A DNA stretch of 64,000 nt from Parcubacteria group bacterium Gr01-1014_31 (GCA_007376135.1 VMFR01000001.1:270554-334553), one strand, 5' to 3'; positions 1 through 10,092 are shown, counted from the first letter of the stretch. The notes: generated by a model from the letters alone, not told the origin. Translations and numbers: made by a program.

Positions 1-16
1 TTCTGAGCGAGACGGA

Positions 17-200
17 CGGTAGGATGGTAGGGATGTAGGGTGGGTAGGGAAACAACAAAACGGCCGGGCAGACCGGCTGTTTTTTAAATTCTCCAGCCGC
101 CCTCCCAGCTACCACACGACCCGCCTACTTTCCTACCCTACTACTGTCCTACCGGTCTCGACACGACCCGCCTACCTTACCACCCGACTACTCACCCTAC
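17..200. repeat. Short degenerate GGTAGG / CCTACC repeats in inverted arrangement around a terminator-like hairpin
   Basis: ggtagg-type units at ~17-50, cctacc/cctact-type units at ~105-200, and the hairpin cggccgg..ccggctg followed by a T run at 61-85. Confidence 0.55.
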
Positions 201-1358
201 CCGGCTCGCCCTCGTCTCGATCTGGCGCACGACGTCGGCGGCCAGGTCGTACGCGGCATTGGGTTTGCCCAAACTTCGGCAGGCGGACTTCCGCTCGGCG
301 GCGAGCTTGGCATCGGTCAACAGCGGGGCGACGGCGTCCGCCAGCTGGTCCGGGGCATGGGCGGAAACAGCCACTTTGTGGCGCAATAGAAATGCGAGGT
401 TGTCCTCCTCCTGGCCGGGGATGGCCGAGGGTATGGCCATGACCGCGCCCATCGCCAGGCATTCGGAGACCGTCAGGCCGCCCGCCTTGGTGATGACCAC
501 ATCGCATGCCGCCAGCAGCTCTTCCATATTCTGGACGAATCCATAGACGGAAACCCCGTCGGTGCCGGGCAGCGTTGAACGCTTCAGCTGGCTGCGCAAC
601 CAGTGGTCGCGACCGGTGACCAAGAGGAATTGCGTGCCGGGCGCATGGGCACGGACCAGCGGGACCAGCCGTTCCAGGTAGCCGGCCGACAACAGGCCGC
701 CGATGACCAGCACGATCGGCACTCGCTCGGGCAGCTTGAGACTGCGGCGCGCGGCAGCCGCATCGATGGGACGGGCGAATTTTGGCTGGACGGGAATGCC
801 GGTCACGGCCACCCGCTCCGGGGGAACGCGGAACCCCCCCAGGCAGCGGCGCACGTCCTCGGTCGACACGAAATAGCGGTCGGTCGCCTCATCGACCCAA
901 AAACTATGGCAGCCGTAGTCGGTCACGACCACGGCCGTAGGGATCGCGGCGATATTTTTGTCGCTAACGTGCGCCAACAGGCGGGTTGGCATCGGATGCG
1001 TACCGATGATGAAATCGGGCCGGTACTCTCGCACATACCGGAGCAGCGGCCTCTCCATCGCCCAACGCGTGAGGGAAACCAGCATGCCGTGGCGCGCGGG
1101 CCGGTCGTAGCGACGGTAGAGGAATCCCCAAAATTTGGTCCAGTGCGAACTGATAAAATTGTACCCGTTCTCGTAGAAGAAACGGAACGCGGGCCGCGCG
1201 AACTGCAGCACGTTGACGTTCCGCACCGTAACGTCAGGATGGCGCTCGGCGAACGCAGCCGTAATGGCTTCCGCCGCCTTGACATGGCCCATCCCGCCGG
1301 TCGCATGCAAGATCAAAACACGTCCCGATATTTTCGTAGTTGACCGCCGCTGAGCCAC
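192..1358 (-). CDS. Processive diacylglycerol glycosyltransferase (MGDG synthase/UgtP-like, GT28)
   Basis: N-terminal GxGH (GMGHVKAA), THP, VVTDY and C-terminal ITKAGGLTVSE..PGQEEDN motifs. Confidence 0.85.
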   Translation of the reverse strand: MAQRRSTTKISGRVLILHATGGMGHVKAAEAITAAFAERHPDVTVRNVNVLQFARPAFRFFYENGYNFISSHWTKFWGFLYRRYDRPARHGMLVSLTRWAMERPLLRYVREYRPDFIIGTHPMPTRLLAHVSDKNIAAIPTAVVVTDYGCHSFWVDEATDRYFVSTEDVRRCLGGFRVPPERVAVTGIPVQPKFARPIDAAAARRSLKLPERVPIVLVIGGLLSAGYLERLVPLVRAHAPGTQFLLVTGRDHWLRSQLKRSTLPGTDGVSVYGFVQNMEELLAACDVVITKAGGLTVSECLAMGAVMAIPSAIPGQEEDNLAFLLRHKVAVSAHAPDQLADAVAPLLTDAKLAAERKSACRSLGKPNAAYDLAADVVRQIETRASRVG

Positions 1359-1361
1359 AGG

Positions 1362-2762
1362 TTACGTTTTTTGCTCCACCCGCGGACCGTCGGTGGTGTC
1401 CTCAATGCGAAAACCGGCGGCGGCCGCCTCATCGCGCAGCCGGTCGGACTCTTTCCAATCTTTCTTTTTTCGTGCCTCCTGGCGGCGGGCGACCAGCGCC
1501 AGAATATTTTCGGGAATCTCTTCCGCGACGGTTTCCCCCAGCCCCAACCCCAGCACGCGGTCGAATTGCGCCACGGATTGCCGCTTGGCGTGGCCCGGCA
1601 ACGAATGGTCAGAAAGCATCTCCCACAGCACCGCCAGCGCCTGCGGCGTGTTCAGATCGTCGCCGATGGCCTGCGCGAAATGCTCTTCGTGCTCGGCGCA
1701 GCCGACCGCCGGTGTTCCCAATTCGGCGAGCGCGCGCCGCAGCCGCTTCAATGCCTGCGCCGCGCCGTCCAATGCTTCCCAGGAAAAATTCAGTTTCTGG
1801 CGGTAGTGGGTATTCAAGCAAAGGTAGCGGTACGCGAGCGGGTCGTAGCCGCGCTCCACGACGTCGGACAATTTCACGAACGTTCCCGAGGATTTGGCCA
1901 TCTTCGCCTTGCCCAGATCGAGGAACGCGCCGTGGAGCCACAGCTGCACCGTCCGCTCGCCATACGCGGCTTCGTTCTGGGCGATCTCATTGGTGTGGTG
2001 CACCGCGATGTGGTCTTCCCCGCCGCAGTGCAGGTCGAACGGGAATCCCAGATGCTGCTCGGACATGGCCGAACATTCAATGTGCCAACCCGGGAACCCG
2101 TCGCCCCACGGCGAGGGCCAGTGCATGACGTGTCCGGCATTCTTCCCCGCCCGTTTGAACCAGAGCGCGAAATCCGCGGGATGTTTTTTGGCGGCGTCCA
2201 CCTCCACTTCGTCGCGCGCGCCGACCGACTTTTCTTTCAACTTTTGGCCCGACAGCGCGGTGTAGCTCGGGAATTTCTCGACGTCGAAATAGACGGCCAG
2301 CGGGGTTTCATAGGCGTAGCCGTTCTGCTGCATCCGTTCGATGAGCTTGATCATCTGCGGCACGTGGTCGGTGGCCTTCGGCAGCACGTGCGGTCGCAGG
2401 ATATTGAGCGCGGTAAGGTCGGCCAAAAACGCCTGGGTGTAGCGGTCGGCAAGCGTGCGCAAGCTCTCCACCGTCGGGGGCAGCTGTTCGCGCGCCAGCG
2501 CCTTTTGCATCTTGTCCTCGCCCGTGTCGGCGTCGGAGACCAGATGGCCGACGTCGGTGATGTTCATCACGTGCCTGACGCGGAAATCGAAATACTCCAT
2601 CGTTCGGCGCAGCACGTCCTCGAACAGGTACGTGCGCAGGTTGCCGATGTGCGCAAAATCGTACACCGTCGGCCCGCAGGCATACAGACGGACGGTTTTG
2701 CCGTCCAGGGGCCGCAGCTCTTCCTTGCGGCGCGAAAGCGTGTTGTAGAGGCGAAATTCCAT
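1362..2762 (-). CDS. cysS: Cysteine--tRNA ligase
   Basis: CGPTVY, HIGN, GFPGWHIECSAM, KMAKS (KMSKS-like), SDRLRD. Confidence 0.97.
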   Translation of the reverse strand: MEFRLYNTLSRRKEELRPLDGKTVRLYACGPTVYDFAHIGNLRTYLFEDVLRRTMEYFDFRVRHVMNITDVGHLVSDADTGEDKMQKALAREQLPPTVESLRTLADRYTQAFLADLTALNILRPHVLPKATDHVPQMIKLIERMQQNGYAYETPLAVYFDVEKFPSYTALSGQKLKEKSVGARDEVEVDAAKKHPADFALWFKRAGKNAGHVMHWPSPWGDGFPGWHIECSAMSEQHLGFPFDLHCGGEDHIAVHHTNEIAQNEAAYGERTVQLWLHGAFLDLGKAKMAKSSGTFVKLSDVVERGYDPLAYRYLCLNTHYRQKLNFSWEALDGAAQALKRLRRALAELGTPAVGCAEHEEHFAQAIGDDLNTPQALAVLWEMLSDHSLPGHAKRQSVAQFDRVLGLGLGETVAEEIPENILALVARRQEARKKKDWKESDRLRDEAAAAGFRIEDTTDGPRVEQKT

Positions 2763-2865
2763 GTCCGGGTGGACTGCTTCGGGGCCTGCCGTACTGCCAA
2801 CAGGTCAGACGGTGCGAATGCAAAAATACTAGCCGTTTTCGCGGAAAAATGAAAGCCGGCGAGGC

Positions 2866-3042
2866 TTGACGGGCGAATCGCCAGTGCTACAGTGTACCCA
2901 GAGGGCCGGCCTTATCTCACCCAACTCCAACCCTACCCTTTCGACCCAAACAACCTTGGCCGGCCCCCTCTCTGTCCTTTGGCTGCTCCCCGCAGCCACC
3001 CGTGACCCCCTCGGTGATACTCGACCACCGGGGGGATTTTTT
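2866..3042 (+). ncRNA. Candidate small RNA with its own promoter and terminator and a C-rich loop
   Basis: TTGACG(2866)-16 nt-TACAGT; GGGCCGGCC/GGCCGGCCC stem around a C-rich loop; intrinsic terminator 3006-3042; no credible ORF. Confidence 0.5.
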
Positions 3043-3074
3043 ATTCCCGCCGCGGTGGCGTACAATGAACGCAC

Positions 3075-4934
3075 ATGCTCCCCCAGCGAAAATTCCTTTC
3101 CCGCTACTGGAAGAACGAGCGCGGCGCCATCGCGGCGATCTTTGTGTTCATCATGCTGGCGCAGGGCTTCTCGCTGTTGGAGCCCTACCTGTGGACCCGC
3201 CTGCTGGACGGCTTTCTCAAGGAAGTAACGGACCGCTCCAAGTTCCCGACCGAGGAAATATTCTTCGGGCAGGTCACCGGTATCGTGCTGTTCTGGGTTT
3301 CGGCGGCGCTGGCCTCCCGAACGGCAAAAAATATCCACCAATTCTACGCCACCACGCTGGCCGACCGCGTCGGCATCCGCGTTTTTCTGCATGCGTTCTC
3401 GCACGTGCTTTCCCTGCCAATGCGCTTCCACGCCAACGTCAAAGGCGGCGAGCTGTTCCGGAAGCTGACCAAGGCGCGCACCGACGTGACGGCGTTCCTG
3501 ACCACCTACTTTGAAAAGATCTTTCAAAACGCGTTCGCTATCGCTTTGGTCGCCGCCTACACGTTCATCCGCAACTGGCGGATGGGGTTGGCCCTGATCG
3601 TCTTTATCCCGCCGTTCCTGCTGGTGACCGCGTTGCTGACCCGCCGCATCCGGCACATTCAGAACCGCATCAACAAGGCGAACGAAACGCTGTTTGGCAC
3701 CACCGTGGAAGCCATCACCCACATTGAAGTGGTCAAGGCATTCGCCACGGCGTCCCACGAGCACCGGCTGGCCTCGCGCGACCACCGTATCGCCCACGCC
3801 CACGTGCAGGAACGCACCCGCGCCTACCAGATCCTGACGTTCACCCAGGGCACCATCATTAACCTGGCGCGCGTGACCATGATCTGGTACGGCGCGCTGC
3901 TCCTGTTCCGCGGCCAGCTGTCGTTCGGCGATCTGGTCCTCTTCAACATCTTCACCTTCTGGGTCTACCAGCCGCTCTACGAGCTGGGCGAGATCTACGC
4001 CAAGTATCAGGAGGGCGTGAACGCCGTGGAGCGCCTGCAGACGGTGCTGCGCGAACCGACCGATGAGGTCATCAGCGCATCGGCGGTCATTCCCGAAAAG
4101 CTGCGGGGCGACATCGAATTCCGCCACGTCGGCTTCACCTACGGCGACGAGCAGCGCGAGGTCCTGCGCGACGTGTCGTTCCGCGTCAAACCGGGACAAA
4201 AGCTGGCGCTGGTCGGGATGTCGGGTTCCGGCAAGACCACGGTGGTCAAGCTGCTGCTCCGCTTCTTTGCGCCGACCAACGGCCAGGTCCTGGTGGACGG
4301 GCGCGGCCTGCGCGACTACGACCTTGAGGCCCTGCGCAACCGCATCGGCCTGGTGATGCAGGACAACATCCTCTTCAACATGAGCCTGGCGGACAACATC
4401 CGCTACGGCACGTTCGATGCCACCGACGAGCAGGTCATCGCCGCGGCGCGGCGGGCGTACCTCGACGACCTGGTCGCCACGCTGCCCGACGGCTACAAGA
4501 CCCTGATCGGCGAGCGCGGCATCAAGCTGTCGGGCGGCGAGCGCCAGCGGGTCGCCATCGCCCGCGCCATCATCAAGCAGCCCGACATCCTCATCTTTGA
4601 CGAAGCCACCTCGGCCCTGGACTCCCGCTCTGAAGAGCTCATCAAGCGCGCCATCCAGGAGGTTTCGACCGGGGTCACGACCATCACGGTCGCCCACCGC
4701 TTCGCCACCGTCATGAACGCCGACGAGATCCTCCTTTTTGAGCGAGGACGCATCATGGAACGCGGGACCCACGGACAATTGCTAAAACGCCATGGGCGCT
4801 ACCGCGAACTTTTTGAACTGCAGACCCAGTACGGGGTAACCCTGGCTTCTCCCCGCAAACCGGAAGAACCGACGCTGGCGCCGGAACAGCTGAACGGACA
4901 CAACCATCCCCAGGGCGACGAAACCATGACTTGA
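3075..4934 (+). CDS. ABC transporter, fused permease and ATP-binding domains (MsbA/Atm1-like exporter)
   Basis: N-terminal TM helices; Walker A GMSGSGKT, signature LSGGERQR, Walker B ILIFDEATSALD, AHR. Confidence 0.93.
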   Translation: MLPQRKFLSRYWKNERGAIAAIFVFIMLAQGFSLLEPYLWTRLLDGFLKEVTDRSKFPTEEIFFGQVTGIVLFWVSAALASRTAKNIHQFYATTLADRVGIRVFLHAFSHVLSLPMRFHANVKGGELFRKLTKARTDVTAFLTTYFEKIFQNAFAIALVAAYTFIRNWRMGLALIVFIPPFLLVTALLTRRIRHIQNRINKANETLFGTTVEAITHIEVVKAFATASHEHRLASRDHRIAHAHVQERTRAYQILTFTQGTIINLARVTMIWYGALLLFRGQLSFGDLVLFNIFTFWVYQPLYELGEIYAKYQEGVNAVERLQTVLREPTDEVISASAVIPEKLRGDIEFRHVGFTYGDEQREVLRDVSFRVKPGQKLALVGMSGSGKTTVVKLLLRFFAPTNGQVLVDGRGLRDYDLEALRNRIGLVMQDNILFNMSLADNIRYGTFDATDEQVIAAARRAYLDDLVATLPDGYKTLIGERGIKLSGGERQRVAIARAIIKQPDILIFDEATSALDSRSEELIKRAIQEVSTGVTTITVAHRFATVMNADEILLFERGRIMERGTHGQLLKRHGRYRELFELQTQYGVTLASPRKPEEPTLAPEQLNGHNHPQGDETMT

Positions 4935-5072
4935 CCGCGCTGCCGCCGCTGCATACAATAAAGGCGTCCTTTCCCCTTTTCCAATCCTCTCCATCCCCTA
5001 TCCCGAGGTTCATTTTTTTCTCCTCGTTTGTGCCCCGCACGTCACCTCACTGACGTGACGGGGCCTTTTCTT
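4931..5072 (+). ncRNA. Candidate short pyrimidine-rich RNA (promoter to terminator, no ORF)
   Basis: TTGACC(4931)-17 nt-TACAAT; C/U-rich body; terminator gccccg.cacgtca/tgacgtg.cggggc + TTTT. Confidence 0.4.
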
Positions 5073-5103
5073 AAAATGGACGTTTTGGGCTATTCTTACG
5101 GCT

Positions 5104-5979
5104 ATGACGGAACGCAATCGCCAACCTCGCCCGCGATTTCTGGCGAGCCTGCTGCATCGCGGGCTGGGAGTCGTTTCCCGCTGGCGGCTTGGCACTGGCG
5201 TCGCGCTGACTGCTGCCAGCTACCTGCTCGGACGGAAGCCGGGACTGTGGTGGTGGCAATTCACCCAGCGGTTCCACGTCCGGGCCCTGGCTGAACTGGC
5301 TGGCCCCGGCGACGTCGCGGTTGACATCGGCGCGGACGTGGGTTTTTTCACGCTTTTGCTCGCACGCCAGGTAGTACCGAAGGGCCATGTCTATGCCTTC
5401 GAACCCGAACCCAATAACCTTCGCGCGCTGACGGCCAACGTCCGCCGTTCAGGCCTCCGCAACATCACCATCGTTCCCGCGGCGGTTGCCAGCGTTTCGG
5501 GCACGCTGTCCCTCCATCTCTCCCCGGTGAATCCCGGCGACCATCGCATCATGCCGGCGGAAAACAAGCGCCGCACCGTTCCTGTCGCTGCCGTGTCGCT
5601 GGATGCCTACTTCCACGACAAGCCGGGCTCCATCAAAGTCATGAAGATCGATGTGCAGGGAGCTGAACTCTCCGTGCTTGGAGGCATGACAAAACTGCTT
5701 GCCGACCCCGCGCGCACCGTGGACTTGGCCATGATGATCGAATACTGGCCGTACGGCCTCCGCCGCGCTCGGGAAGAGCCCGCTGCGCTTTTGCATAGGC
5801 TCGTCGAAGCCGGTTTTACGCTCTCTCGCATTGATGAGCGCCAGCAAGGGCTCATCTCCCGAACGCCAAGCGAACTGAGCGCCGAGGTGGGCGAAGAATT
5901 CAGCGGCTACGTTGACCTCATCTGCCGCCGGACTACGGCGGCATCAACCGGATCACTTCCTGTTCGACCGGACCGATGA
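5104..5979 (+). CDS. FkbM family SAM-dependent methyltransferase
   Basis: VDIGADVG, VYAFEP, MKIDVQGAE motifs. Confidence 0.88.
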   Translation: MTERNRQPRPRFLASLLHRGLGVVSRWRLGTGVALTAASYLLGRKPGLWWWQFTQRFHVRALAELAGPGDVAVDIGADVGFFTLLLARQVVPKGHVYAFEPEPNNLRALTANVRRSGLRNITIVPAAVASVSGTLSLHLSPVNPGDHRIMPAENKRRTVPVAAVSLDAYFHDKPGSIKVMKIDVQGAELSVLGGMTKLLADPARTVDLAMMIEYWPYGLRRAREEPAALLHRLVEAGFTLSRIDERQQGLISRTPSELSAEVGEEFSGYVDLICRRTTAASTGSLPVRPDR

Positions 5980-7225
5980 CGAACGTTCCCATCTCGTAGA
6001 GGGGGCGGATCTCGCAAGTCGGATTGATCGCGCACCCGATATTGTCCAGCCCTGCGGCCATGAGCATGAGGACCAGCAGGGTGAGCGCGGATTGCTGCAA
6101 GCGGGAAAGATACGGAGGCGGTCGGCTGCCCAACCGCAGCAGGTACACCAACAAGACGGCCTGCCAAGCACCACCGATACGGCTCAGATATTCCCCGGCA
6201 TAGTAATTACCGGATACCACGAACGCGGGAACAATAATGCTCACCGCGTAGAGGACGCCAATATGGAACGCCTGCCGACGCTGGTACCAATACGCTACCG
6301 TGACGAGCGGAATGCCAAGAATAACGACGAGGCGATAGGCCGCCCACTGGTTCCCCAGCCAGACGCTGAAAGGCGTCTGCATGCTGCTGACACCCCGCAG
6401 CCGCGTTACCCCCAGACTGCTTTCCAAATTGAACAACAGGGCTAGCGCGAAACAGGCGATCAGGGCAACGACGGCGACCGCGCCATGGCCCGCCAGCGTC
6501 CTGCGCTGCGCGCGGCGTTCGGACGCGGGGAGCAGCACCATTGCCGCAGCGCCGACGACCGCGAGGTTGATCAATTGCTGGTACGGGTGGGCGACGGCGC
6601 CCAGCACCAGCAGCGCACGGATGGTCAGGCGGTTACCGCCGGCCAGCAGCGCCGCCAGCGCCAAACCCGCGGCGAGCACGGAAAATCCGCGCGGCGCCGG
6701 TAGGAACGGATAGGTATGGAGGTGTAGCCAACCCAAAGCGATTCCAGACCCGATGAACCACGCCGGTGAAAGGGACAACCGCTGCCGGGTTGCCCAGCGG
6801 GCAGCAACGATCAGGACGACGAGCCACTCAATGGTCGGAACCACTAGCGCCCACGACACCAGCGGAACTCCGAAAAATCGCCGCAGGGGTTCGGCGATGC
6901 CGACCCGCAATACTACTAACGGCGAATAGGTCGTTGCCGCCGCCCGCAGCCGCGACCGCTGCACGTCGTCATCGAGCCGATCATAGGCCCGCCGGAGCTC
7001 ATCCGCGAGATCTTGACGATGCCCGCTCAATGTCTGCCATCCAACCCAGCCACCGAAGTAATACCGGAGATAATCATCCTGGTCAGTGAGGAGCGGGGAA
7101 ACGCGCAATAAAAATACGGTCGCAATGATCCAAACTGCGACCATCGCCAGCCGCTGGGAGCCCCCGGTTCCCCAGAGCGGCGTGCGTGCGGAACCCCCAG
7201 ACACCTCTCCCCCGAACTGCGGCAT
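5933..7225 (-). CDS. Polytopic membrane protein, possibly a GT-C-like glycosyltransferase; start uncertain
   Basis: About 10 hydrophobic segments, with an acidic DQDDY motif after the first TM. Confidence 0.55.
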   Translation of the reverse strand: MPQFGGEVSGGSARTPLWGTGGSQRLAMVAVWIIATVFLLRVSPLLTDQDDYLRYYFGGWVGWQTLSGHRQDLADELRRAYDRLDDDVQRSRLRAAATTYSPLVVLRVGIAEPLRRFFGVPLVSWALVVPTIEWLVVLIVAARWATRQRLSLSPAWFIGSGIALGWLHLHTYPFLPAPRGFSVLAAGLALAALLAGGNRLTIRALLVLGAVAHPYQQLINLAVVGAAAMVLLPASERRAQRRTLAGHGAVAVVALIACFALALLFNLESSLGVTRLRGVSSMQTPFSVWLGNQWAAYRLVVILGIPLVTVAYWYQRRQAFHIGVLYAVSIIVPAFVVSGNYYAGEYLSRIGGAWQAVLLVYLLRLGSRPPPYLSRLQQSALTLLVLMLMAAGLDNIGCAINPTCEIRPLYEMGTFVIGPVEQEVIRLMPP

Positions 7226-7341
7226 GCTGCTGAACGTTTATGCTCCACGGACGAGAGCACATCGCGACACCACCACGGTACCAAATTCTTACGCCGGTCG
7301 CCAGCGCCGCATCCTTTACGCGCTGCCTCTGCGGCGGTACC

Positions 7342-8244
7342 ATGGCCGCTATGCGCACTGCGTGGCTTAGAGTTACAAACGCCATCCCGCGTACCAGGGT
7401 GAAACTCTGGCTGGCGGGACGGCTCTACCAGCTGGCCAAACTCGTGTACCGCAACGACCGCATCATCATCCGCCGCCGGGGAATCACCTATGCTATCGAC
7501 CTGCGGGAAGCCATCGACCTCAGTCTTACCGTTTTTGGCTCGTATCAACCGCACATCGCTCGTAACCGTGCCGTGCGCTTGACGGAGGACGCGGTTATTT
7601 TTGATATCGGCGCCAACACCGGGGTGATGTCCCTCGCCTACGCCGCCCAGGCGCCGCGAGGCAAGGTCTACGCTTTCGAGCCAACGGCGTTCGCGCTCCA
7701 GCGGCTGCGAAAAAATATCGCCGTCAATCCCGAGCTTGAACAGCGTATTCTCGTCACCCAGGCGTTCGTCGCACAATCGTCAGCTGAGGTCGCCCCGAGC
7801 AAAATCTACGCCAGCTGGCGGGTCAACGGTGCGGTGGACACTGCTGCGCACCCCATCCATGGCGGCATCGCCCACTCGACCGACGGTGTTACTACGACCA
7901 CGGTGGACGACTTCTGCGCGCGCCACGGCATTCAAAAAATTGATCTAATGAAGATCGACACGGATGGCCACGAACTCCAGGTACTCCGCGGGGCGCGGCA
8001 AAGCATTGCCCGCTTCCGGCCGGCGGTCATCTTTGAAATGGGGCTGGCGCTCATGGCGGAGAACGGCGCGGCATTCTCGGATTTTTTCAAGTACTTCCAC
8101 GATCTTTCGTACCGGCTGTTCGATAGCCGAAGCAACGCACCGGTCGACCTCAATAATTACCACCAATGGATACCGCGCTGGGGAAGTTTTGACGCGCTTG
8201 CGATCCCGCAGGAACGACTGCCTCGGCACCATGAACCCAGATGA
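7342..8244 (+). CDS. FkbM family SAM-dependent methyltransferase
   Basis: FDIGANTG, VYAFEP, MKIDTDGHE; start taken at an internal ATG of ORF 7240..8244. Confidence 0.85.
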   Translation: MAAMRTAWLRVTNAIPRTRVKLWLAGRLYQLAKLVYRNDRIIIRRRGITYAIDLREAIDLSLTVFGSYQPHIARNRAVRLTEDAVIFDIGANTGVMSLAYAAQAPRGKVYAFEPTAFALQRLRKNIAVNPELEQRILVTQAFVAQSSAEVAPSKIYASWRVNGAVDTAAHPIHGGIAHSTDGVTTTTVDDFCARHGIQKIDLMKIDTDGHELQVLRGARQSIARFRPAVIFEMGLALMAENGAAFSDFFKYFHDLSYRLFDSRSNAPVDLNNYHQWIPRWGSFDALAIPQERLPRHHEPR

Positions 8245-8294
8245 ACTTGACGGGTGCGAGCACGGCGCAGTAGACTAGTAGCACAATTCAATAC

Positions 8295-8422
8295 GTATCA
8301 AGAGCGGCAGGAAAGCCCCGCCCACGGCGGGACCGGCGAACGAGCGCCGTTGACCTGCCCGACAACCTCCTCCCGTAGTACGGGAAAAAGGTGCCGACTC
8401 TCGCCCTGACGGGGAAAGATAC
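8295..8422 (+). promoter_or_regulatory. SAM-I (S-box) riboswitch, variant
   Basis: GTATCAAGAG...CAACC...AGGTGCC...GAAAGATAC; P1 GTATC/GATAC; lies directly upstream of metK and is followed by a terminator. Confidence 0.8.
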
Positions 8423-8430
8423 TTCAACAC

Positions 8431-8458
8431 TCCTTTCCGCGCGGAAAGGATTTTTTTT
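8431..8458 (+). terminator. Intrinsic terminator of the SAM riboswitch expression platform
   Basis: TCCTTTCC-gcgc-GGAAAGGA followed by T8. Confidence 0.85.
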
Positions 8459-8466
8459 AACCTCCT

Positions 8467-9549
8467 ATGACCGACCAACCCGTACTGGCGAACCACCATT
8501 CCGTCGTCACCGCCGAGAGCGTCACCTCCGGCCACCCGGACAAGGTCTGCGACCAGATCTCCGACGCGGTCCTGGACGCATTCTTGGCCGGCGACCCGAC
8601 CAGCCGCGTGGCGGTGGAATGCATGGGATCGCACGGGTTACTGGTGATCGGCGGCGAGGTCACCTCCAGCCACGAAGTGGCGGTCGGCGAACTGGCGCTC
8701 AGGGTGTACGGCGGCATCGGCTACCATGAGCAGCCCGAGGTCATCGTGCGCATGGCGCAGCAGTCTCCGGATATCGCGGCTGGCGTTGACCCGGGCGGCG
8801 CGGGCGACCAGGGCATTATGTACGGCTACGCCACCGACGAAACGCCCGAGCTTTTGCCGCGGCCCATCGTACTCGCCCATAAACTAACCGCCGGCCTGGA
8901 GCGGCTGCGCCGCAGCGACTCGCGGTTCGCCTGGCTGCGGCCGGACGGCAAGGCCCAGGTCACCATTCAGAACGGCGACGTGAGAACTGCGCTGGTCTCC
9001 TGCCAGCACGACCCGGAAATCGCGCTGACGGACATCCAGCGGCTCATCTCCGACCACCTCATTAAACCCCAGATCGGCGACGGCAACTACCAGATCCTGG
9101 TCAATCCGACCGGCCGATTCACCCTTGGTGGATTCACCGCCGACGCCGGCCTGACCGGCCGGAAGATCATGGTAGACACCTACGGCGGGTCCATCCCTCA
9201 TGGCGGGGGCGCCTTTTCCGGCAAAGACCCGACCAAAGTGGACCGGTCCGCGGCCTACCAGGCGCGACGCGCCGCCGTCAGCGCGGTGCGTTCGGGGCTG
9301 GCCAAGCGCTGCCTGGTGTCGGTGGCCTACGCCATCGGCCGCGCGGAACCGCTGATGCTGTCGGTCATGACGTTTGGCACCGGCGATGATGCCAAGGTCC
9401 TGGAAAAGATACGTCGGGCGGTGGATTTCACCCCGAAAGGCATCATCCAGCAACTCAACCTGCGTCGTCCCATCTTCCAGAAAACGGCCTGCTACGGGCA
9501 CTTCGGACGCCCGGAATTCCCCTGGGAACAGCCACTGGATCTGCGCTAG
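8467..9549 (+). CDS. metK: S-adenosylmethionine synthetase
   Basis: ESVTSGHPDK, GAGDQG, DAGLTGRK, GGGAFSGKDPTKVDRS, YGHFG. Confidence 0.97.
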   Translation: MTDQPVLANHHSVVTAESVTSGHPDKVCDQISDAVLDAFLAGDPTSRVAVECMGSHGLLVIGGEVTSSHEVAVGELALRVYGGIGYHEQPEVIVRMAQQSPDIAAGVDPGGAGDQGIMYGYATDETPELLPRPIVLAHKLTAGLERLRRSDSRFAWLRPDGKAQVTIQNGDVRTALVSCQHDPEIALTDIQRLISDHLIKPQIGDGNYQILVNPTGRFTLGGFTADAGLTGRKIMVDTYGGSIPHGGGAFSGKDPTKVDRSAAYQARRAAVSAVRSGLAKRCLVSVAYAIGRAEPLMLSVMTFGTGDDAKVLEKIRRAVDFTPKGIIQQLNLRRPIFQKTACYGHFGRPEFPWEQPLDLR

Positions 9550-9652
9550 AAGGCAGGCTGCGGCAGGATACGCCCAAACGCGCTTCGGGCCGTTTGGCAT
9601 GCGCCGACGCCGAGGCAATATAAATAATCCTGCTCGTACGTCTCTATATACG

Positions 9653-10039
9653 ATGAGTCAGGCACCCACCAAAATAACCATCGCGTTGACGGCCGCGGGA
9701 ATAGCCGGCGGTTTGTTGCGCGCCCGGCCGGTTTTCGCGCAACTGGCGCTGACGGTGAACGAAGGATTGTCGTACGGCACGATCGTCGGTTGGGGGACGC
9801 AAGACCTGCGGACCACCATCATGATGATCATTAATACGCTGCTGGGATTCTTGGGCGTCATCGCGGTCCTCATCATCTTGGGCGGAGGATTCAAGTGGAT
9901 GGTGTCAGGCGGGAACGAGGAGAAGGTCGCCGAAGCGCGCCGGATGATCATCTCCGGGATCATCGGGCTGGCCGTCATGTTCATGGCCTTCGCTATCGCC
10001 TCCTTCGTGGTGCAATCACTGGCCAACGCAACCAGCTAA
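9653..10039 (+). CDS. CPR-type pilin (TrbC/VirB2-like)
   Basis: Signal peptide ending PVFA; GGFKWMVSGGNEEKVAEARRMI between two TM helices. Confidence 0.8.
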   Translation: MSQAPTKITIALTAAGIAGGLLRARPVFAQLALTVNEGLSYGTIVGWGTQDLRTTIMMIINTLLGFLGVIAVLIILGGGFKWMVSGGNEEKVAEARRMIISGIIGLAVMFMAFAIASFVVQSLANATS

Positions 10040-10092
10040 GAACGGCTGCTTAAATGAATACCGCCCTGCGAGCGGGTGGTATTCTCCTTTCT

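Noticed and set aside
2829..4778. 649-aa minus-strand ORF, and similar long antisense ORFs (1371..2852, 15525..16853, 35774..37636, 42255..43487, 61816..63069)
   Set aside because: Shadow frames opposite well-supported genes in high-GC DNA; no motifs of their own.
5104..8244. FkbM / membrane protein / FkbM trio as a novel system
   Set aside because: Consistent with ordinary surface-glycan modification genes; nothing further is supportable from the sequence.
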